This document shows, in pieces, positions 53,263-64,000 of a DNA stretch of 64,000 bases (positions are counted from its first letter, which is position 1; the number at the start of each line of letters is the position of its first letter). Both the position numbers and the translations under genes were made by a program. The notes under the pieces are model-generated. The model made no database searches. It was given only the letters and a program-made list of their open reading frames with translations, and had not been told where the DNA came from. Origin of the DNA: Camelus ferus (Eukaryota); NCBI RefSeq assembly GCF_009834535.1, contig NC_045697.1, forward strand, positions 45,572,001 to 45,636,000, given 5' to 3'.

Positions 53263-55124
53263 AATTTTAGAGATGAAGAGATCAGAGTATGGGGAGAGGG
53301 AAAACAAACATTAGCCAAAGCCAAAAACTAGCTGGCCAACTCAGGCAGAAGCGGGAGAGTCCAACTGGCAAGCTTTGAGAAGGAAATACGAAAACTATTC
53401 TAAAACTTTAAAAAAGATTTAATTTAGAGCTCTCTTTGGAAATTTGAGGCTTAATAAGTCTCTAGTCATATTTAAGCTAAACTAGATATCCATATCTGAA
53501 AGAAATGAGAGAGTTGGACAAATAGCTGACGATGATTGAGCCAAGAGGATAAAATGTTAATAATATTAAGTCTGTAGTCCAGAAACCTGTCATTCTAGAC
53601 AGTGGAATAAGATGAAAATTCGCCCGGGAACCCAATTTCAGTAGGGTTTTGAAGTTCCAAGCAGATAAAACAGGCTGTCTTACACCTGAGGCAAAACCTA
53701 AGGATCATGAGCATCTTTTGATTGACAAAGTGAAGCCAAACATCTCTCCTAAAAATGTTTATCATTATGGATAGTATGAGAGCAAATAATTTCTGTTCTT
53801 TATTACTGTCAGAAAGACCCAAAATGTTTAATAAGAGTATCTTGTAACACCCATCCACCCATTCACCCATTTGCTTCATCCAAAGGAGAAGAGAATGTCT
53901 CTAGCAGATCCTGAGAGCTGCTTAAAAAAAAAAAAATCAACCCTTTGATAAAGCAATGGATTTCAAAAATGAAAACTGCTTAATATATACTGTATTTGTG
54001 TATGTGTGTACATGTTTTAGTCTAATGCAGAAGATCGTATACCTGAAGTTGTTTTATATCGCCCTGGGTATATTTTGTTTACCCTTCCATATCCCACATC
54101 CCACATCCCTCCTCCACCCCTTCTTTCCCTGAAGGGCAGAATCCTGCTTCAGTAGATGACCTTGCCGCCTGACGTGTGCATAGTTGCTTACTATGGTGGT
54201 GACTTGTGATTTAACTTATGCTGTTCCATAGCTGCCCATTTTCCAGTTTTAGAACAAAAATTATTCTACCACTTAATTTATTTCTCTCAAAGTACAGTCT
54301 ACATGTTAGATAATTACGCAAATTTACATTTTTACTGGCCTTGATAAATTCCTTTTAGTTCCACACTTTTTTTTTTTTTTAACCAATTTCACTACTAACT
54401 GACATCACTACTTAATGAAATGACAAACAACGCCTTAAAATATTAAGTATCTACTGAGGTTAGTTTTCATGCTAGGTATTTTACATGCAATACTATAGTG
54501 ATCATATGATCCTTTATCATTTGAGGAAGATATTATTTATCAACTTTTATAAGATGTAGAAGCAAAGTATCATAGAAGTCTGAACACTTGCCCAAGATGA
54601 CAGAACCAGAATTAGAAATGAGGATTGAGTGATCCCAAAGCCCTATCTCTTTAAATATAACCAGACAAAGACATTGCTATTTTAATATTCTTCCTATCAT
54701 ATTCATTCTGTACTTACAGGGAATGAATATGTATACATACAAGATAATAACAGAAAAAAACTGATTTAGAATGCCATAGGATGGGATGATTTGAATGCCT
54801 TTCCATTTCCTTTTTTTCTATCTTCTATCCTAAAGAAATTTCTTCTCATATCTGTCTTCCATGGTTGACTTCTGTTCTCATCTACTCCTACCACCACACA
54901 CACACACACAATTTATTTCACTTTCATTTCTTTTCTTGTCAAACTTCTAGAGTTTTCTACTCATGACCTTCAAGTCACCTTTCAATCTACTACAATATAG
55001 TTTTCCCAATACTACCACCACGTGATGGAAACTGTTCTTATAAAGGTCACTAATGTTCTCCATATTTCTAGATAATGAACATTTTTAAATGTTCATCTTA
55101 ATCAAGAGATGGCCCTTCTTTATT

Positions 55125-55630
55125 CTTTTTTCTCCCAGCTTTATTGAGCTATAATTGATATATAACACTGTATAAGTTTAAGGTGTACACTTTGTTGATT
55201 TGATACACCTATATATTGCAAAATGATTTACCACCATAGTGTTAGCTAACACATGCATCACATCACATAATTCATATTTCTTTTTTTGTGGTGATGATAT
55301 TTAAGATCCATTCTCCTAGCAACTTTTGAGTATAAAATTAACTATAGTCACTATGCTGCACATTAGATCCCCAAGACTTACTCATAGCTGAAAGTTTGTA
55401 CCTTTTGATCAACATTTCCCCTTTCCCCCAACCCTCTCCAGCCCCTGGTAACCACATTTTTGTCTCTATTTCTATGCATTCATCTTTTTTAGACTTTACA
55501 TATAAATGATATCATACAGTGTTTGTCTTTATCTGACTAATTTAACTTAGCATAATGTCCTCAAGGTCTATCCATGTTGTTATAAATGGCAGGATTTCTT
55601 TCTTTCTCATGGCTGAATATTTTATATATA

Positions 55631-55665
<35 letters not shown>

Positions 55666-55957
55666 CATACTTGTGTGTGTATATATATTCTCAACATATA
55701 TTTTTATATATATATATATATGTGTGTATATATATATTCTCAACATCTTTATCCATTCATCACTTGATGGTCACTTAGTTTGTTTCCATATCTTGGCTCT
55801 TGTGAATAATGTTGCAATGAACATGGGGGTGTAGATACCTCTTCAATATCCTATTTTCATTTCCTTTGGATATATACCCAGAAGTGGGATTGCTGGATCA
55901 TATGGTCATTCTATTTAGTTTTTAATATTTTGAGGAGACTCCATACTGTTTTCCATC
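55125..55957 (-). mobile_element. L1MA-like 3' fragment inserted in L2, containing a (TA)n/(TG)n tract
   Basis: cagctttattgag..ataattga, ggatatatacccagaagtgggattgctggatcatatgg; degenerate TSD cttctttattc / cttcttcattc. Confidence 0.85.
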
Positions 55958-56732
55958 ACTTCTTCATTCCTGAAACACTTTTCTCTCTTGAATACATGAT
56001 ACAGTTGTGCTCTGCTTGTCCTCCTATGCCACTGTACCTTCCTTCTCAGTTTAGTTTACAGAGTTCTTTTCCTCCCAAATGTGTAAAATTTTGCTTTTTC
56101 ACATTATGTCTCTTCTCTTCTCTTCCCTAGTTAGCAAATTCCTTCCACGGATTTTCTGTTGACTACTTTCAAATTTGCATCTGTAGACTTCTCAACTCTA
56201 GACATATCTCATAGATAACTCAAGCTTAACATGTTGGAAAAGTTAATGATAATGACATACTTTTTTTTTTTTTACTGCATATTGTTTGTAGCAGTCACTG
56301 TTGTCAGTGCATTACATACACAAAATCATACAATCCTCACAGTAACCTTCTTGGGTAGGTACTATTAGTGTCTTATTTTTTAAACAGGGATAATAAATTA
56401 GAGAGTAATTTGCCCAAGATCATAAAGTAAGTAAGGGGCAGAAAAAATTTTTAACCTAGTTTGGTTCTAGAGATCTCATTCTTTAGCTGCTAGACTCTGT
56501 GTACTCTCTTGGCCTAAAGGCATTTTTCCTTACTCTTCATGTAGAAACTTAGGAAGCAGTTTCCTCTTTTCGGAATGAGCCTACATTCTTACATTACCTT
56601 TTCAGAAAAGCTGTCCTTGATCATCCTGTATAGACCAACTCCTGCCTGCTTATTCTCAGTCTTAAGTCTCCTATTTATTTCTTTGAAATTACTTAGTAAA
56701 AATTGTAAGTCATGCAACTTCCTCATCATTTT

Positions 56733-57295
56733 CGTCAGATGATGGGAATTGTTTTGCTCAATACCCACTCTAATCCCTTTCTGATGTGCCTTCCTGTACC
56801 GCAGAGGTGGGAGAGCTAAAAATCTACTTTTCTAAGGTTACCTCACAGCTGGGTTTTCCCATGCGATTTAGTTTCCATAATTAGAAGCTCTCAGAGGAGG
56901 AATTAACCTGGAACTAAGTTATGTGGGGAGAGACACAGGATATCAGGAACAATTTTGCTCAGAGTATAGCAGAAAAGGCAGTTCTAGAACTGGCACTTGT
57001 GGCAGAAGACTCAAGATACTGCGGCTCCTGATTGTTGCAAAAGCAGCATGTTTCTGGAGCTGTCAACAGTGGTGGAAGCTTCCTGATAATGCAGTTTCCT
57101 GATTGTGGTGGAAGCTGCAGCTTTTTGCCAGCTCAGTTCTGCAGTGTGGCTTAAATGTAGAAACTCAATCTAGAATCTGTTTCTTCAGTCCTCCAAGTGA
57201 TTTTGTGAACTATTTACATTCTTCTTAAATCTTTTCGTGATTAAACCAGCTTTAGTAGACTCTGTTATCTGCATCTAAGAACCTTGGTCATTACA
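56733..57295 (+). mobile_element. ERVL-type LTR (LTR33-like)
   Basis: gcagaggtgggagagctaaaaatctactttt...cagctggg; end ttaaaccagct..gtagactctgttatctgcatctaagaacc...taca. Confidence 0.6.
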
Positions 57296-58991
57296 TCTAA
57301 TAAGCTTTGTGTCTGTCTTATCTACCAGAATATAAGCACTTCAAGGGAAGTTATCCTTTTACTGTTGATTGCTGAATTCTCACTGTCAAGTACAGCTTAG
57401 CCCATAGTAGGTGTCAATATATAATTATTAAATTTCATGGCAAAGTTTTAAAAATGTTTAATTTCTCCTGCAATGACAGAAACTGCTTTGGAATATTATT
57501 TAAAAAACTTCCTGCCAGTCCACCTTCCTATTTCTGTACGTTATTATATTTCATTTCAGCTTGGTCTGAGAATATGATATATCAAGGAGACTGAGATTGC
57601 TGAATAGGTATCAGTTACTCACAGTTACTAAAATTTCAATGTTTTCTCACACTTTTGCCCCTATTTGGAATACCCTTTTCTCCACTGTTTCACTATGTAG
57701 ATTCCTACCTGTTTTTCAAGGACAAACCAAGTTATTTTCTTGCAGCAGACTTTCCTGTACTTCCTCAAATAATTAATCATGCCTTAATCTGTGTTTGTAT
57801 AATACTTTGTAGATTTTTTATCATAGCATTTCTACAATAATAACCTTTTATTATTCTGAATCATTGTGTTATGATTACTAGGTGAAATAAAATGTGTGGG
57901 TGAAGAACATTAAAATGACAAAATGCTTGTGAAAATGTGCTATAAACTCACAAATGTAAGTTATTATCCTTATTATTACATGCAGAAGCAGAGGAAAATT
58001 ACTACTCAATTTAACTTATTTCTCTTTTCAGGTAGGTAGACCTCCAATTTATTCCATTTATCTTCTTTTTTGTGGACTGACTTACACATGACCTGACTTT
58101 TGGAAGTCCTAGAAAGAGGGCTAGGCAGCCTTTGGAAGCCACATGTTCATTTGTGTGGCTGACTTGCAGAGCACAAGACTCCCTCAGAGTAATTCCTCGG
58201 AAAATTAAGAAATAATTTAGTTTGGAACTAGTTCATTCCTGCATACAAACATCACAATACTGTCTTCAAACAAATGAACACAGTGAATTTTTGCTTCCTT
58301 TTTTCCTTTTAAATAACTGGTTCCCACTTTGAAAATAATTCTGTATTGCAAGTATACCAAAATAACTACCTCTCTGGTCATTGAGAGGATTTTCTTTCAT
58401 AGCATTTAATATATTAGGTGATTCATATTCAAACAATATAAATGTTTATTATTTCCAATATTTTTAATTTTCTTCTTTAGAGACTTTCATTAGCACATGT
58501 TGGAGAATAGGTATTAGTTTATATTTTGAATATTTTATTTGATTTATTTAGCATTTATAACATTAATACCACATCTCTCCACTGATTTTTATTTTATTTT
58601 TGTTCATAAACCAAAATTTACATCAAAAATAAAATAAAAAAATCAGAGGTGATATTTACAATATTAAACATAAGCCAGATGTGGAAGCATGCTTTTCCAG
58701 ATTAAACATTTACTGAGCTGGCAGAAAAAGACTTTTTTCCTCATTTATCCAAGTAAGTTTTGTTTGAATGGATTCTAATTTCCTATTCCTTTACCCTTTT
58801 CACCATCTTTCTGTTGCTTTGTTTACCTAATAGTGGTTTTTCCTCACCATTGCCTTCCACAGTTCTGCACAGCTGCTTCCCAGATGAGCTAAATAGCTCA
58901 TTTTCATCTTTAGACAAATTTAAACTATGGGCTAATCCTATATGGCTTTTGCAGACACGGTGACTGAAATCTCTGTGACAGTTCTCATATA

Positions 58992-58995
<4 letters not shown>

Positions 58996-59033
<38 letters not shown>
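58996..59033. repeat. (GT)n microsatellite
   Basis: Directly visible perfect dinucleotide run. Confidence 0.97.
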
Positions 59034-59036
<3 letters not shown>

Positions 59037-59330
59037 CTTCCATAAGAATTCAAGTGAATTTGACTATTGAAAAACACCAAGCATCACTATCTGGTTCTGC
59101 ATCCTTCAAATTTTATGTATTCTTTAGGAATAGTGTGGACAAGGCCTCAATTTATGAAGAACATCAAGTATGCATTTGGAAAACAAGAAAATGGGCCTTT
59201 CAAGAAAATTGAGAAAGTTTCTAATTTTCTTATCTACTAAAGGTTGATTACCCAATTTCTCCACAGTATTTCACCTAAATGCCTTTATAGTGGCTTCAAT
59301 CAACATGAGTTGACAAACCAAAGCAATAAC

Positions 59331-59401
59331 TTCTTCTCCTCTCCTTTCCTTCCCTTCCCTTTCCTTCTCTTTCCATTCCTTTCCTTTCCTTTCCTTTTCT
59401 T
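59331..59401. repeat. Pyrimidine-rich (TTTCC)n-like low-complexity tract
   Basis: Directly visible. Confidence 0.85.
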
Positions 59402-61655
59402 GTTCATTTTCTGCACTTTCTTGACAGTGAAGTCATAGTCAAAGAACTTAGGCAACCAGCATGCTCTTTAATTTAAACAGTACAATCCCAAAGGTTTGAC
59501 ATGAGACTGCCACTCAGGTGACTGATAATGGATAGAGCTTATGGGAACTAATAAGAAGGCATGCTGGCATTCCCAATGACTTGCCTTTTCATGTTAGACT
59601 TGTTTAATGCTTCCCTTATTTGAAGGTGGGAGAGGGAATTGAGAGGTTGAGTTTTGGGTTATGACTAAAGAAGCTAAACCATTTAGAGTCTCATTATTCC
59701 ATTTCATTAAATTTTGGCACAGAAGTGCACGCACATGTTACCGGATTGTAAGGTGTGTTCATGAGTCAGAATTACACAGCTTGAGGGCTTATCTGGTTCA
59801 CTCTTTCTTAAAAAATGATTACGTAAAGAGTAACTGAAAATCAAATATAAATGTTGATAGAAAGTAAACATGCTGAAAGTTAAAAGAATAAAAATGTTGG
59901 TATGGGATTTTTCGATCCATGTCATCAACAAGTTAACTTCCCTTCTGTTGTAGCTTTACGATTCATGGGTGATTGAACGTAAATGACTCAGAATATGTAT
60001 TAACAAGCCCTTACAATATTTGTGTCTATGTGAGAGTTTGAATATATACACTGCACTGATGTTTCCATCTCTAAATAACATCCAATTCTGCTAATGTGGG
60101 AAAGTTAGGAACTCAAAGAATTATATTAATCATTCCTGAATTCAAATGCTCAGGCAGACTACAGTTGGGTTTGCCTTCTTCAGTTGAGTGTGCCTAGGAC
60201 TAGGTGTGAAGTCTTGGTATGTTCGTGGAACTTCTTACAGGAATAGACAAAGGTAAGGCATAATTGAATCAGGATTTTGGTTTCATTCTTCTCATTTGTC
60301 CATGAATACAAATTGAGAAATCATCAAATTGAATTGAATTATTTTTCTTTTAAAATGACTGTTTTTACTCTTAAAAGCAAGGGTAGGGGAAATACAAAAT
60401 AGCACACAGATTGCTCTCTTTACAACAAAACTTTAAGATCCGCTTGATCTTTCAAATTGTTACGGTTTTGAAATTTATGCGACAAACATTTTGTAATGTT
60501 TGAAAATGACACCATACATTGTTTGAAGAAACTGGTCTCACATTGTTTCATTCAATTTCATAAATCAGTAGACATGGAATAAATTTAATAAGTAATTTGG
60601 CAGTTGAAGTTCTAAAGTTTATAAGCTCTTACATCCAAACCTATTGCCCAACACATTCCTTTTCTGTAACAAACAAGAATCAAATGGGAACTTGATGATA
60701 TAAAGAAAAGCATTTCTATACTAAAACCAGAAGGAAATTCAGACACTTTGTACATATCACACTCTATACTCTTGGATATTTATGAAAATAATGAAAGCAA
60801 GATTATACTAAAATTTTAATTATTCTTTAACTTGTAGATCACGTGGTGAGATGGAATTTGATCTGGGGAACACTAATAAAAAAGTTCTAATGTTATCTGA
60901 CAGTTTGAAATACAGTGAAAACTGTCCTACCACTAACACTAAAATAAATTTTGTGAATCAACTGCAAATATCCAGACTTAAAATATAATAAATAATATAA
61001 ATATAATAATATTTTGACAGAACTGCTATGATATTAATAGCCAGTACACTTTTAAAATTATTGTGCCAGATATTCAGGGTTATTAAAAAATGAATATCAA
61101 CTGTAAGTAAAAGTAATTTACAAATTGTTTCTTTTATTTGAATAGTCTTCCACAATGTTAAAATGTTTTAAGTTAAATATTTTAAGTAAAGCTATATTTG
61201 CAAAGTGTTCCAAGACTGGGTTAGAGGTCTCCTTAGTAAAAATTGCTCATTTCATTCAACTTATTCATGCGATAGATTTTTAGTAATTCTCTGCCACGTG
61301 CCAGGTTTTAGGTAGTCACCAGAGGGAAAAATATGTTATAAACAGAAACCCATTGCCCCACATTTCCACAGGAGAGGATGTACATGGGAGAGGTAACTGA
61401 TTTGAAGGGTGACAACCTAACTTACTTTGAGCCATATATTCCCGGGGTAGTGTGCATGCATTGAAAAGACAGCACAGAGCTACTTGGAGAACTCTTGTCT
61501 TTTGCACATTACCTACAGAAGACAGCTGGCTAGAGGTTAGTCTGCAAGCCCAAAAGAAGCTGAGAGTCCTTAGAGTCAGTTCTACAGAGTCAGCTTTTTC
61601 TCAGGCAGCCCTGATGTCTGGTGTTGACAGGGGGAAGTAGAGGCAGCCTCTGGAC

Positions 61656-61826
61656 CAGTGGTCCCTGGATTAGCAGCATCAGCATCACTTGAGGATTTGT
61701 TAGGAATACAAATTCTCAGGTCCTACTTCAACTCTACTAAATTAAAAACTCTGTGAATGGGGCCTAGAAATCTTGTTTTAGCAAGTCTTCCTCATAATTC
61801 ACAAGTATGCTAAAGTTTAGGAACTG
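61656..61826. mobile_element. MER5A hAT-Charlie transposon
   Basis: cagtgg..agcagcatcagcatcacttg..ttgttaggaatacaaattctcagg..ggggcctagaaatc..taaagtttaggaactg. Confidence 0.85.
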
Positions 61827-62819
61827 AAGATTAGATCAACTTTATCAGAAAACTCAGTGCTTGGAATTATTGGACTACCACTGAGAAAGTTGACATTTTA
61901 GGTCTAGTAGCCTCTGTTTTTCCTGTGTCTATCTTTGCTTTCTCCATAGTTTTGTCTTATTTCTATAGACAGCATGACCATGTAAAAATGTAATGCACAT
62001 CACTTCTGGCACATCTATCCTTCTGTGCTTAAGAAAGCCATTAATCCTCTTCTTCTTTGTGAGATTTACACTTAAGCATCCTCAGATTTTTAGATCATCA
62101 CCAGATTTCTAGTGTTCCACAAGTTATGAATGTTGACTTTTGTACAGAACCTATCTAGAAGGTATTGATTTATATGTATTGCAAGGCTAGGAACTGATTT
62201 TGCCTACTACTCCAGAGAGCGAGTTGTGTTCCCTGAGGCATGTTACCTTACTTTTTGATTCCATGAAGGACACAGATACCGTATCTGAAGGAAGATGATC
62301 ATGATGTGTCCCTTTTAAATTAACTTAAGTGAGATGGTTGCCATATAGCTGAGACAGGGAAGCTGCAGGTGGTTGTAGACAGTTTATTTGCTGTCGTCCA
62401 GTTTCTTTTTGCTACATACAATAAAATTAATTTTTCAGTGGAAATAGTGGGTTTGGCATTTTGCAAGATGACCTAGAACACTAACTGATAGTTTATCTAG
62501 GAAAATGGCTCTGAGTTCCAAATACAAACAAATGCAATTTTGGGCACAATTTATTTACACATTAGAAGTTGTCTATGATTCCTGAGATCTTTACAGTATA
62601 GTTTTAATTCTATTTGAATTGTTATAACAAATGCCATCCTTTCATCTAATTTAGAAAATTAAATGAAAAAACTCTGGATATCAAGGTTAATTTGCTACTA
62701 ATAGTCTTTCTCTTAAAAATGTAGATTTTAAATAGGACATAGACAAATGCACAAATATTAGTTCATACTAGTTTAGCTACTATAAAATTTCTCCAAGAAA
62801 ACTAAAATATATCTTCTCG

Positions 62820-63610
62820 GAAGAGATACTTAACAATTCTTCTTTAACTAAGGGGTCAAACTGAGCATCACTAATGATACAACAACTTGACAGTAAGTGC
62901 CTCCTGACATGATACAATATATAGTTGTCACCAATAGAGAATTCTTCCTGAAAAAATGTTTATACCTAATACAATCGAGCTTTTAAACTTATCTCCCAGT
63001 TTAAAGAAAACGCAGAGATGAGAGGAAAGAAATCAAATTATACCACAAGGAAACAATCAGACAAATCCAGAATACAGGACAATGTAAAAGGCAACTGGCC
63101 TTATCTCTTTAAAAAAACAACATTATGACCAAGAAAAAAATATCTTTTTGGAAAGTGGGCACAGCGGTGGGAAGGTACTGTCTTAGAGTAAAAGACAGTC
63201 CAGAGACATAAGCAATGCATTTTTTTATACATTGGCTAGATGATCATTCACAAAACCAGCTGCAAAACACATTCTGGAACAATTAGGAAAATTTGAATAT
63301 GAGCTGGATATTAGATGATAATAGGAAATAATTATTTATTTTCTTACATATAATAATGGTGACTTTATATAGGAAAATGTCCTTATTCTTAGAAGATGTA
63401 TGATGAAATATTTAAGGATGAAATCTGCAAGCTACTTTAAAATGATACACACACACACATCCCAACATTTTAAAGAGAATTAAAGCAAAAAGCAAGTTTG
63501 GAAAAAAAATGTTAACAACTGTTTAGTCTAGATTGTGAGTATACTGGCATTTATGGTACTATTCTTTGAACTTCTCCAAAATTTTTTAAATTTTATAATA
63601 AAAAGTTGGA
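62820..63610 (+). mobile_element. L1MC-like 3' UTR fragment
   Basis: aaacaatcagacaaatccagaat, ggaaaatttgaatatg..ctggatattagatgat, ggaaaatgtccttattctt, tataataaaaagtt. Confidence 0.75.
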
Positions 63611-64000
63611 AAAGTTGCACAATTTGAATGTACTTTATGCCATTGGACAATACATTTAAAAATGGTTAAAATGGTCAATTTTATGCTATATATATTTTTT
63701 AAATGTTGGAGAAAATTTTGTATAAAAAATAATTCTGTCATAACCACAGTAAGTGTTGTCAATAAACTAGAGGCTGTCTCAGATCTCTAATTATTCTCTT
63801 AAGGTTTACCCAGAGACATAATTTTCAGGGAAGCACATTCTAGACAATTAAAGATACTACCAGATACTTGTTCTGGGAATCCTGACTTTTTTTTTTTTTA
63901 AAGCAATGAGCCAAACAGAGCTTGGATAAAATTCTACCAGAATAATGCAGACAGATATTTCAGTAGGAGTTTGATAGGAACTGTTCTAGTATATTTGGGT

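Overview
AT-rich, CpG-depleted mammalian genomic DNA. The LINE-1 3' UTRs resemble camelid (camel/alpaca-type) L1s; this is recognition from memory, not a database result. The window appears to lie entirely within introns of CFAP299 (C4orf22) on the minus strand. Only one coding exon is visible: 130 nt at 13332-13461 with canonical splice sites. The rest is mostly interspersed repeats (L1 of several ages, L2, MIR, solo ERV1/MaLR/ERVL LTRs, hAT and Tigger fossils, microsatellites). I found no convincing new multi-gene system. The most notable observations are: (1) a TSD-flanked, internally deleted L1 about 0.9 kb from the exon, whose 5' UTR carries an antisense ORF ending in a possible splice donor in phase with the CFAP299 exon; (2) an orphan polyadenylated insert that looks like a retroposed mRNA 3' UTR; (3) two intact solo LTRs pointing antisense towards the exon; (4) candidate CTCF, AP-1/ARE and conserved non-coding elements. 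Repeat family names and most repeat boundaries were assigned by eye and are approximate.
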